A stretch of DNA of 64,000 nucleotides, taken from assembly GCF_006345805.1 (NCBI RefSeq), contig NC_042997.1, positions 140,802,001-140,866,000 on the forward strand, read 5' to 3'. The DNA is from Octopus sinensis (lineage: Eukaryota). The notes beneath the pieces are model-generated. The model was not told the origin of the DNA, ran no database searches, and worked only from the letters and a program-made list of their open reading frames with translations. The position numbers and the translations under genes are program-made. This document shows positions 24,970-38,700 of the stretch, one piece after another (positions within the stretch are counted from its first letter, which is position 1; each line of letters opens with the position of its first letter).

Positions 24970-27297
24970 CAACACAACAACAACAACCACATCATCTGTT
25001 CTGTCAGTTTGAATAACATTTTGAGTTTGATACTAACTCTAGGGAATTGCATATTTTTTTATTTGTTTCAATCACTGGGCTGTGGCCATACTGGGGCACC
25101 ACATTAAAGCCTCTTTAGTCAATATAATTCATCCAGTTGTTTGTCTTGAATTTATTTCAGTGGTTTTTAATCGAGGTCCATATAGTCCTTAGGGGTCTAT
25201 ATAAGATTTTATTGTTAAATTTTATCTGTAACAAATTGGCCATACTTGTACATGCATAAAATATTTTTACAATCTTTTAATACAATTCCTAACAATATTT
25301 AATTATAAAGGCGGTGAGCTGGCAAAAACGTTAGCACGCTGGGCGAAATGCTTAGTGGTATTTTGTCTGTCTTTATGTTCTGAGTTCAAATTCACCTGAG
25401 GTCAACTTTGCCTTTCATCCTTTTGGGGTTGATAAATTAAGTACCAGTTGCGTACTGGGGTCGATCTAATTGACTGGCTCCCTCCCCCAAAATTTTGGGC
25501 CTTGTGCCTAGAGTAGAAAAGAATATAATGGACCTAGTTGTTTGTCTTGAATTTATTTTGGTGGTTCATGGTTGAGGTCCATATGGCCCTTAGGGGGGTC
25601 TATACAAGATTTTATTGTAAAATTTTATCTATAATAAATAGGCTATACTTCTACAATACATAAAATATTTTTACAGTTTAATACATTTCCTAATGATATT
25701 TAATTATAAAAGTATGTGATTTTTAAAATATCGAATGGCTAGGAGGGTCCATCTGAGTAAAATAGGAATCAAAGGAGTCCTTAGATAAAAAAAAAAAATG
25801 TTGAGAAACACTGATTTATTTGATCAGTCTTGGAAGAGTATAAGACAGAATCAACAAGGTCATAATGTGCCTGTCTCCGATGAAGCACTGGAGCATTTAC
25901 TCTTTAGCTTTTCTCCTTTGAACAACAACCTAATAATATTAACTGTGAACATCCCCTAGACTTTTGTTGTCTTTTGTATTTGACTTGCTTTATGGTTTAT
26001 GTAAGTGTGTATGGGTGTGTGTGTGCATCTGTGTGTGTGTATGTGTGTGTGTGTGTGCGAGTACGTGTGACCTTGAAATGTCAGTCTCATGCCTGCAACC
26101 ATATAGCTATAGCTATGTCCGTCTGTTTTTGTTTCATATACACATTCACATAGACACACACACACACTCACATAGACACACACACACACTCACATACACG
26201 TGCTCAAGCATACATATACACATGCTCGAGTGAACAGATTTTCTAAATACAAACGTACTGTAATACAATGGAGGTACACTAAACTTTGCTAGAGTTCATT
26301 GCGTCCAACAGTTGACTGCTGTTGCTGTTATTGTTGCGTAAATGTTTTGTTTGTTGGAGATTGACTTGGTTAACACTGGAAACACTAGAAAACGTGCAAT
26401 GTAATATCTTGTTCTTTGTATTTGTTACCATTATCATCATGATCATGATCATCATCATCATCATCATCATAATCATGATCATCATCATCAATTAATGTCT
26501 GTCTTCTATGCGGCATGGGTTGAACAGCTTGATGGGAGCTGGCAAACCAGACCACTCAGTCAAGACCTACTGTCTGTTTTGGTATGGTTTTTACAGCTGG
26601 ATGCCCTTCCTGACACCAACCACCTTACAGAGTGGACTGAGTGCTTTTGGCATGGTTTCTATGGTTGGATGCCCTTCCTAATGCCAACCCCTTTATAGAG
26701 TGGACTGGGTGCTTTTCACATGACACCCGTGACTGCCATGGTATGTTTTGGCATGGCTCTCATGGTTGGATGCCCTTCCTAATGCCAACTCTTTTATAGA
26801 GTGGACTGGAGGCTTTTCACATGACACTGAGACTGTCAAGGTCTGTTTTGACATGATTTCCATGGTTGGATGCCCTTCCTGATGCCAACGCCTTTATAGA
26901 GTGGACTGGGTGCTTTTCACAAGACATCAAGACTGTCAAGGTCTGTTTTGGCATGGTTTCCATGGTTGAATGTCCTGCCTAATGCCAGCCCCTTTACAGA
27001 GTGGACCGGGTGCTTTTCACATGACATTGTGAATGAGTTTGTCTTTGGGAGTGATTGAAATAATGATTACAACAACAACAACAAAACAACAAAAATAATA
27101 CGACAATGAAACAGATGGGTGATGGTGGTGGCAGTGGGGGAGAAGTTAAAATTGTTATAAACAAGGCATGACTGTGAGGTTATGAAGCTTGCTTCCCAAC
27201 TGTGTGGTTTTGGACAAGTGTCTTCTACCAAAGCTCCAGGGTGAGCAAAGCCTTGAGAGTGGATTTGGTAGACAAAAACTTGTGTAAGCCTATCGTT

Positions 27298-27328
<31 letters not shown>

Positions 27329-27551
27329 CCTCGTTCTGACATTATGTGATGGTTGTAAACAAGCTTCAATGTTGTACGTGTGATGTTGTTTGTTTTTAGT
27401 TTTCCATTGAGAAATATGTCTGGCCATGGGGAAAATATTACTTTGGTTGGATACAGGTGAGAGTTGGCAACTGGAAGGGCATCTTGCTGTAGAAAAATCT
27501 ACCACAACAAATTCTGTCTGAGCCAAGCAAGCATGGAAAAGTGCATGTTGT

Positions 27552-27619
<68 letters not shown>

Positions 27620-30600
27620 ATGGTGGTGGTGGTGGTGGTGGTGAAGGAAAAATAAGTCCAAGTTCAATAGACATCTATACTTATGATAGACTTCTATATT
27701 TTCAGCCTTTATACTCAGACCTTTATGAAAACCAGATGTCTGGATATAATGGCAAACTGGAATTCAGTCTGTACCTAAACATTTCTAAGGTTGGCCCAGT
27801 GCCCATTTCTGTTTGCTAGATGAAATGAAGTCATCATCACTGTCATTGTCTTTTGGTCCCATTTTTTCATGCTTGCTTGAATTGGGTGAAACTTCTTGAA
27901 GCAGTATTTTATGGATGGATGCACTTACTGATCCCAACTGTTACTTGTCTTTGAGTAAGGTATTTTATTTTGCTCGTGTTCACATGTCTAACTGCCAAGT
28001 TGTAGGGCTTATTGCTTTTGTGGAATATAAACAAACATCACTGCTGCCTGAGCTGTGTCACTGCAAAAACACATGGAGGGGGAAGGGGAAGGAAAGAAGA
28101 AAGAGAGAGAGACCCTCCACAAATACATCACACAATGCTTTTTCATGTAATTTCTGTTGACCAAATTCCACTTGCAAAGCATTAGTTAACCTTAGGCTAT
28201 GCTAGAAGACACTTTCTCCATGTGCCTTGCCATAGGATCAGGCTTAAAACCATGCAGTTGTAAAGTAAACATCTTACCCACACTGTCATTCCTGTATGTA
28301 TGTGATAATATAGAATAACTAGTTTTATAATCTTGTGTTGAAGAGTTCAGAAAGAGGATGAAATAGTACTATCCATGACTACAAGAGACTTTAAGGACTT
28401 GATCACATGAAAAAATAAAATAATTATATGGAAATATATGTATACTCTTTTCACTCTTTGCACGTAAAAAGTACTAAGTCCACTCTGCTGAGTGGTTGGC
28501 GTTAGGAAGGGCATCCAGTTGTAGAAATCCTGTCAAAATGGTCACAGAAGTCTGGTGCAGGCTTCTGCCTGTCCAGCTCTTGTGAAACCATCCCATCCAT
28601 GCTAGCATGGAAGGTGGTCATTAAACGATGATGATGACGACAATGACGATGACAACGATGATGACAACAATGATGATGACGACGATAATGATGACGATGA
28701 GCATGATGATGATGACAATGATGATGATGATGATGATGACGATGATGATGATGATGACGATGACATTGATGACGATGACAATGACGATGATGATGATGAT
28801 GATGATGATGACGATGACGCTGACGATGAAGATGATGATGATGGTGATTTCTCAACATAAGAAAACTAAACTTAGAAGTGATTTTTCTCCTTAAGTAGCA
28901 ATTCCCAGTAATTCTACCACATGCAGAGTCATGATTTTGTCCAGAAACACAAGGAAAATGCAGCAGTGGATTTGAAATTCATCCACAATGTTTACTGTAT
29001 TTGATGGCATAAAAGATGCATGGGCATATTAAATGCATCTCAATTTCAGCAACAGATATTAAGGGAAAATGGTTTTCAGTGTATTAATGAATGTAATATA
29101 GTTTCTTATAGGATCCGGGGTGATTTTTTGGGACACTTTATTGGACAAAAAGTATGTTTTTTATGCCATCAAATACAACACAAAACAACTTTGTCATTTC
29201 AAGTTAATCAGTACACATATCAGTGAAATAGTTTTGTTTCCCTATATATCTTTGTTTTCTAAATTTCAAATAATGCACTTGAAACTCTCAAAGTCCTTAC
29301 AAGCACTAGGGATTATATTACAATCTCTTGTTATCTTTCATGGCCATCCACATGTCTATAACATTACCAAAATCTCAAACTATAAACTAAGTATCTTTTT
29401 TTGAGCTATTCAATATTTGGTTCTGAAAAGCCGTTGAACCTCTTGAAACCTCAAGTGTTATTCATATTGAAGGAATGCTCATATATCTGGGATTCTGCTG
29501 GTGCTTTATAGATGAACAAACATCCTAGACAATATCAAAGAGAAGGCTGCCTTGTAGATTTGACAAAGATTCACCCACCACCAACTTGCAATGACCACCG
29601 GCACACATATGCCTTGTTTCTTATTTTTGCTTCTTATATTATACCTATAGTGTCCTCAGTTCCTATTAACTAGCAAATTCTATATCACTTCTTCCAAGCC
29701 AATCTGATGCACCAACCTTCACAAATCTTGTAACTTTTGGCAAAAATATATAGCTAGGACTACATCCCAGTGACAGGCCCTTTCCTTCAGAGCCATAAGA
29801 TCCTCCAGCCCCCAACAGCTATTGCTGCTCTACAAAGCTCAGATGGGGCTCACAATTGAATATTGCTCTCACATATGAGGCAGCATTGCTGCTGTACACA
29901 CTGGCTGCCTAGACTTCATCTGGAAAAGGGCCACCTGACTAATTGCCATAAATAGAGTTACTCACAGACATGTTTCAGCCTTAGTCTTATTGGTGTGCTA
30001 TCTCCTCTTATTGGTGAACTATGAAAATGGCCTCTGTTCATTGAATTGTTCTACACATCTCTCTTCCACACTTCATACTTATTGCATCACACTCCAGGCT
30101 CACACTAACCCTATGTTCATTCCTTCTTCCACACAACATTATCCCTCTGGAATTTTCTTCCTTTCCATGTCTTTCACCAAGGGTCTTGGTTTGCAAAAAC
30201 TCAAGAGGAACATTAATGGTGTAATCTCGCTGGCAGAGGAGGGCCTACAAGAGCCATGGGCACTACTCCATGACTGCAGCCCCCAGCAAGTGCAAAAAAA
30301 AAATGTTTGAAATTGTGGCACAAACCCAGTCATTTTAGGGATGAGGATTTTGTTGGTTACATTGACTCTCAGTACTAGTAAGCGCTTTGTCTAATGCACC
30401 AATGGTTCTGCCAGTTTGTCTGCTTAATAATAATAATAATGATTTCAAATTTTGGCACAAGGCCTGCAATTTCAGGGTGGTAAGCTAATTACGTCAATGC
30501 CAGAGAGTTCAACTGGTATTTATTTCATTATCCATGAAAGAGTAAAAAGACATAGGAGTGGCTTGCTTACCAACCACATGGTTCCGTGTTCATTCCTTCT

Positions 30601-32301
30601 GCTATAGCTTCAGGCCGACCAAAGCCTTGTGAGTGGATTTGGTAGACAGAAACTGAAAGAAGCCTGTTGTATATATGTGTATGTATGTGTATATATATAT
30701 ATATATATGTTTGTGTGTCTGTGTTTGTCCCCCAACATCACTTGACAACCGATGGTGGTGTGTTTATGTCCCCGTAACTTAGCGGTTCAGCAAAAGAGAC
30801 CAATAGAATAAGTCCTAGGCTTACAAAGAATAAGTCCTGGGGTCGATTTGCTCAACTAAAGGTGGTGCTCCAGCATGGCTGCAGTCAAATGACTGAAACA
30901 AGTAAAAGAGAGTAAAAGAGAGTATCATCATCATTGTTTAACATCCATTTTCTATGCTGGCATGGGTTGGATGGTTTGACAGGAGCTGGCTTGCCAGGGA
31001 GCTGTCCAGTCTCCAATTGTCTGCTGTGGCATGGTTTCTACGAATGGATGCCTTTCATAATGCAAAATCTAATAATAATGATAATAATGATAATAATAAT
31101 AATAATAATAATAAATAAAACCTCTCTACGGCAAATACCCAAAGAGAGCGAATAATGCAGATATCGACAAAGCCCTGACCCATCAATGGCTAATGGCCTC
31201 TGGCTTAAAATCTGAAACAGAGGGGTTTATCATAGCAGCTCAAGATCAATGCCTACCAACAAGAAACTACCAGGCCAACATATTAAAGATCAGAAGCAGT
31301 CCAACGTGTCGTGTATGCAAGCAACAAAATGAAACCATTGACCATGTGGTCTCCAAGTGCAGTCTTCTAGCGCCTACAGAGTATCTCAACAGGCACGATA
31401 GAGCTGCACAATATATTCACTGGGTAATCTGTAAAAACCTGGAGTTGCCCCATGAGAAAAACTGGTGGGAACACAAACCACCCCCAGTGCTTGAAAATGA
31501 CCACATCTCACTCCTCTGGAACTTCACCATTCAAACTGACAGGAAGATAGATGCAAATAGGCCAGACATCATATTGAAAGACTTCAAACAAAGAACATGC
31601 CTCCTCATTGATATGACTGTCCCAATCGATATAAACGTATCTGTCAGGACCTACCAAAAACTGAGCAAATATAAAGATCTTGAAATAGAAATCAGCAAAA
31701 TGTGGAAGCTGAAGACTAAAACAATACCTGTTGTCATAGGTGCCCTGGGAATGATAGCAAAGGGGCTGATAGCTACCTAACTCAGATACCAGGAAACCCC
31801 AAAATGGCAGAAGTTCAAAAGATAGTGCTCATGGGAACTGCTCATATCCTACGCAAAATACTCTCTATGTAACCTCAAGGTTTAAAACAACATAATTTTC
31901 GGTTTAAAAAAAAAAAAAAAAAAAAAAAAAACTTTTTTTTTTTTTTTTAGACATTCATTAGTACAACATCCCCACCCCCCAAATATATGGCACACTAGGC
32001 ATAACAACAACATGAACTTCCAACCCTGTTGTCTCTTGAGGTCTCTGGGTGAGACTTGGAGCCAACTTGTACAAATATAAAGCAAAAGTCAAACATAGAA
32101 TAATAATAATAATAATAATGATAATAGTAATAATAATGATAATAATAATAATGATAATAATGATGATAATCATCCTTTCTACTAAAGGCACAAGGTCTGA
32201 GATTTTGAAGGAGGGGACTAGCTGGTTACATCAACCCCAGTGTTTCACTGGTACTTAATTTATCAACACTGAAAGGATGAAAGGCAAAATCAAACTCGGT
32301 G

Positions 32302-32395
<94 letters not shown>

Positions 32396-32661
32396 CAATT
32401 TAAATTTTTATTTTATTTTAATTTTTTTTAATTTTTAATTTTTTAAAATTTTATTTTATTCATTTATTTATTTATTATTTATTTATTTATTTATTCTTTC
32501 TTTATTTATTTATTAGACATTCACTAGTACAACACCAAAAAACCCAAATATATGGCACACTAGGCATAACAACAACGTAACCTTCCAACTTGTTGTCTCT
32601 TGAGGTCTCTGAGTGAGACTTGGAGCCAACTTATACAAATATGAAGCAAAAGTCAAACATA

Positions 32662-32706
<45 letters not shown>

Positions 32707-32988
32707 TAATAAAAGAAATAGTCAAAGAAAAATCCCAGCAATGGTTGAGAAGCTCAGGACTATCATAGTAGGTGCATTAGGCATGATAAAAAAATATTCA
32801 GACAAATACATAACAAAAACACCAGGACTTACAAACACATATAACATACAGAAAATTGCACTACTGGGCACTGCCCACATCCTATGCAAAACACTTTCAA
32901 TACAGTAACTATCAGAGCATCACAACAAAACACAGCACACAGAGCTGCGCTTGGTAGTGAAGTGAAAGCACGATATAAAAAAAATCTA

Positions 32989-33022
<34 letters not shown>

Positions 33023-33347
33023 TAATAATAATAATAACAATAATAATAAAAGATCTGGAGATAGAGGTAACTTGAATGTTGAGCCTAAAAGCAGAAATAA
33101 TTCCTATTATAGTAGGTGCATTAGGTGTGATAGAAAAGCATTCAGATAAATGCATAATAAAAATGCCAGGACTTACAAGTATTATATAACATACAGAAAA
33201 TAGCACTATCAAGCATCGCACACTTTCTACGTAAAACACTTTCAATACAGTGAAAATAAGAGCACTACAACAAACCACAGCATATACCCGAGGCACACAA
33301 CCTGCGCTCGGTAGTGGAGTGAAAGCACATGATTAAAAATAAGACTA

Positions 33348-33378
<31 letters not shown>

Positions 33379-35701
33379 TAATAATAATAATAATGGTTTC
33401 AAATTTTGGCTCAAGGCCAGCAATTTTAGGATTGGGTGGTGAGTGAGTAAATAACATCATCTCTCTGCCCAACTGGTGCTTATTTAATTGACTCTGAGAG
33501 AATGAAATGCAAAGTCCAACCTTGGTGGCTTTTGAATTCAGAACATAAGATCCCAGAAGAAACGCTGCTAAGCATTTTGTCCAATGAACTAATGATTCCG
33601 CCAGGTCAAAAACAAAACCTTCTCTGAATGTTTCTTATTTCTTTATTGCCTACAAGGGGCTAAACATAGAGGGGACAAACAAAGACAGACAAAGGGATTA
33701 AGTTGATTACATCGACCCCAGTGCGTAACTGGTACTTAATTTATTGACCCCGAAAGGATGAAAGGCAAAGTCGACCTCAGCGGAAATTGGAACTCAGAAT
33801 GTAACAGCAGATGAAATACCGCTAAGTATTTCGCCTGGCGTGCTAATGTTTCTGCCAGCTCGCCTTCTCTAAATGTTTCCATCATACTGATGCGATTGAA
33901 TCTGAATATGAACATTTCCTCACCTTGCCAATCAGACAAAGCCTACAAGGTTATGGGTTCAATTCCTGCTTCACTGAAATCTCTTAGCTCACATAAAATA
34001 CACCCCCATGTGCGGGTGGCACATAAAAAGTACCATCCGAACGTGGCCGATGCCAGCGCCGCCTTTACTGGCTTCCGTGCCGGTGGCACGTAAAAAGCAC
34101 CAACTGATCGTGGCTGTTGCCATCCTCCCCTGGCACTTGTGCCTGTGACACGTAAAAAGCACCCACTACACTCATGGAGTGGTTGGCCTTAGGAAGGGCA
34201 TCCAGCTGTAGAAACACTGCCAGATCAGACTGGGGCCTGGTGCAGCCTCCTGGCTTCCCAGACCCCGGTCGAACCGTCCAACCCCTGCTAGCATGGAAAG
34301 CGGATGCTAAACGATGATGATGATGAGTATGGTGATGATGATGATGATAAATGTACAACTTATGAGCACTTATACATTTGTATCAGGTGCACACAGTCAT
34401 GTGTTTGTCTGTCTGTGTGTGTGAAAATGTACTGTACTGTTTACAAAATAACCTACATAGTTTTTTGGCTACAATAACAGGACATTACCATAACTATTTC
34501 ACCATTGTAGTACCGCAACTATGTTTCATGAGCAACAACAATAACAATAACACACTTGTTCATTTCAGTGTTTCTTTAAAGCTCTTTATTCTTTATTTAT
34601 TTGTTTAGTCACACTAGGAAATAACTAGACAACAGTTGTGCGATAGTGAGAATATCATTATCATCAGCATCATCATCATAATAATAATCATCATCATCAT
34701 CATCATCGTCATCGCCGTCGTCGTTGCTGTCGTCATCATCATCACCATCATCATCATCGTCATCATCAGCAGCATCATCAGTGTTGCTGTCGTTGTAGTC
34801 ATCGTGAATGTTGTTGTTGTAATTGTCATTCTTATCCTTGTTGCTATTCCTCCTTCCAACCGCCACTCACCACCACCACCACCACCACCACGGTGGCCTT
34901 AACCCTCTTCTTCTTCCTCCTTCTCTCCTTCATTACCTTTATTGACAGTCATAACTGTCATTACCCCTCTTCCTCCTCCTCCTCCTCCTCACCATCTTTG
35001 TCATTGTTTTAATTGGATCCCTCCTTTTCTTCCTCATTCCTTTTACTGAAATTTTTTGTCACCATCGTCATATCTTCTGCATGTCATCATCATCATCATC
35101 ATCATCACCATCACCATCATCACCATCACCAAAACTACCACTGTGGTGCAACCGTCACTGCATTTAAAATGCCTAGACGCACAGACATAAACTGCACTAG
35201 CATTATACGTGCACCACTTCACAGGCAGGTTTACATAGAAAAACAACAACAACAACAACAACAAAAATCACCAAAGTAGACTTTTGAAATGACAACGGGA
35301 CAGGAAATTATAGAGGCAGGCTTTTGACATAGTTGCAGCATAAAGAAGGGTGTAAAGGACAGGGTATATAATATAACCTTGAACTCAGGATCAGTAAGAC
35401 ACAATAAAGAGCATGGTAAACACAGCAAGTTGATTCTAGATTGTAGATGCTGTTCGTCTCTAGGGATGATGATGACAACGACAATTATGGTGGTGGTGGT
35501 GATGGTGGCGGTAGATGTGATAGCGGTGGTGTTATCGTTTACCACACAGTGGCTGTGTGGTAAAAAGCTTACTTCCCAACCACATGGTTCCGGTTTCAGT
35601 CCCACTGCAATGGCACCTTGGGCAAGGGTCTACTACTATAGTCTTGGGCCGACCAAAACCTTGTGAGTAGATTTGGTAGATGGAAACTAAAAGAAGCCTG
35701 T

Positions 35702-35741
<40 letters not shown>

Positions 35742-35752
35742 GGAATTTATAA

Positions 35753-35795
<43 letters not shown>

Positions 35796-38700
35796 ACGTA
35801 TGTATGTATGTATGTATTTGTGCATTTGCGTTTGTCTCCTCCCCATCAACCATTGCTTGACAACCAATGTTGGTGTGTTTACGTCCCTGTAAAATTAGGT
35901 TTACATGCCATCCTCCTTTATGATTTTATGCTAAAAGTCAAGAAGTTGGGAGGGATCTAGACAGTTATGTTTCAATGAAACAGTTTGGTCCTCAAGATCC
36001 TAGAAGTTCTTAAACTGAGCTTGTAGATTTGAATTGTTTGAAAATCTTGTGGATGGTGACATGGCTTGGAAGTTTCCAAATTTTAGGATTTTTCTGTCAG
36101 TTTTTAAGGAAATATCTATTCTCTCATCAAATGATAATGTCATTTTTCTAAAATATATAAAGCAACATGTAAATCAAAAATATTTAGAACGAAGCAAAAA
36201 TGGCATTAAAAACATAAAATCTAGGTTCAGTCCTACTGTATGACCTTGAGCTAACCAACCCTGTGTGAGTGGATTTGGTAGATGAAACTGTATGGAAGCC
36301 CATTGTATGTGTTTTGTACTCTTTGTGTTGATTTGTTTATGCTCTTGTAACTTTGCAGTTCATAAAAAAAAAAAAAACGAGTGATAGAACAGGTACCAGG
36401 CTTTAAAATAAAATAAATACTGGGGTTGATTTGTTTGACTAAACCTTTCAAGGTAGGGCCCCAGCATGGCCACAGTCCAGTGACTCAAACAAAAATATCT
36501 TTTAGCTTATGAAGGGACCTGCGAATAACCCATAGGCGCAAGAGTGGCTGTGTGGTAAGTAGCTTGCTTACCAACCACATGGTTCCGGGTTCAGTCCCAC
36601 TGTGTGGAACCTTGGGCAAGTGTCTTCTACTATAGCCTCGAGCCGACCAAAGTCTTGTGAGTGGATTTTGTTGGTGGAAACTGAAAGAAGCCTGTTGTAT
36701 ATATGTGTATATATATATGTATGTGTGTGTGTATATGTCTGTGTGTCTGTGTTTGTCCCCCCAACATCACTTGACAACTGATGCTGGTGTGTTTACGTCC
36801 CCGTAACTTAGCGATTCGGCAAAAGAGACCGATAGAATAAGTACTAGGCTTACAAAGAATAAGTCCTAGGGTCGATTTGCTTGACTAAAGGCAGTGCTCC
36901 AGCATGGCTGCAGTCAGATGACTGAAACAAGTAAAAGAGTAAAGAGAGGGTAACCCTGTGTATTGTGTTTCTGAAATTGGACCCTAAAATTTCCATAATT
37001 GTCAAATAGAAATTTTATATATGATGTTTAATTTGATTTCAAAATAATGATTTTTCTTGATTTTAATTTCAGAACCACATTTCAAGCGTAACAACATTGT
37101 GATCAGTTTCAAAAATAATGTCACAGAAGAATATCAAAACTTCAACATTATAGAGAGTTTGAAGTTTGGGAAGTTATGTGAACATACAAAAGAACATATT
37201 TTGATTGATGTAGGTTTTTAGTGATTTTGTTCTGCTTCTTTTTTGTCATTCAAACCCATTGATTTTAACCCACAACAGCACAGAAAAGAATTCCTGTATC
37301 TAATATGTAAGCCAGTATCTTGGACAGTTTTGGTGGTAGTGATGTTACGATGGCTTTGGTATTGTATTGATGTTAATTTTTATTCACCTTTTGAGAGATG
37401 AAAAGTAAAGTTGATTCCATGACCGTCTTTTCTATAAAGCTCATTTCAAGAGCTTATCAACATGGTTGCTCTTTGATCTAGATACATGCTCCTTCTTAGG
37501 CATGTGAACTCTCACCTCCTCCTCCGTTAATCTTGCCATAATGTAGGAAGATGTATAGCAAGGAATACATTATTATACATATCAGTTTACTTGAGCCAAG
37601 CTATGAATGCCACAAATGTCATGAAAGAGGAAGTGTTTATGTAATTGCAAAACTTGTTCAAAATATTAATCAAATCTCTCCATGTCTGCCTTACTGATTT
37701 ACATTCATAAATCATTTATTTTAAGTTTTAATTCCTAGAAATAATGATAAAATGCTTTCTTCAGTTGTTTTTTCTCCATTCCATAACTTTGTTCAATACA
37801 GGCAAACTATTACAGTCACCAGAATGATTAGTTATCTGAAATAACAGATTTTTTCCACTCCTTAAAGTAACCAAACTTCATGACTGTATGCTTGGATTTT
37901 ATAGTGCATATAATTTTGTAGAAGTACAGCTAACCTGAAGCACATATATTTTCGCTCAAGTACAGCTGACCTGAAGCACACAGCTTTACTCGATACAGAA
38001 ATCCTGAAGCCAGTCATGGCTCTGCTCAGGTACATCCAACATGAAACTCACCATAACTTTGTTCAAGCTTACAGTTAATCTGTGACATATAGAACATGAC
38101 TCAAGTGCAACTGACCTGGGCACCCAACAATAACAGCTACTCATGTGTGACTGTCTTTAGGATGGCATTGACTAAGGATTCCTAAATGCTCACTAGCTAC
38201 CATGAGCTTTGCTTATTAAAACCCTTGCTGGTCTCGGGATTGTTATCTTTGCCATATAACATTGGCACTTTAGCATTAGTGAGGTTGCGATGATGTGCAT
38301 TGGCAAAATTGAGCTGAACAGAAAAACTGGAAATGCATATGTCATGAGGGGAAGTAGAGATAAACATATTGAATTTGTCATTGTTTTCACCATTATTCTT
38401 TGATGAGTAAATGCCTTGCTAATTATGTGATGTCAGCATGCCATCTCAAAGCACAGTGACATTCTTCTCTTCAGTTCAAGTTAATTAATTTGGATAGGTG
38501 TAATCTGTACTTGGATTGTGACATGATAAACAGTAAGGTAATCCTTATTTAGATTATAAACATTTAGGTTATCCATATTTGGATTATGACATGATGAGCA
38601 ACAAGGTAATACAGGTTTAGATATATGATAATTAATAATGTGATCTGTAATTGGATAACAATATGATAAATACTAAAGTAATCTGTATTTGGATTTTGAC

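Noticed and set aside
31193-31780. 195-aa ORF as a host gene
   Set aside because: It is the C-terminus of a truncated, frameshifted R4/Dong retrotransposon.
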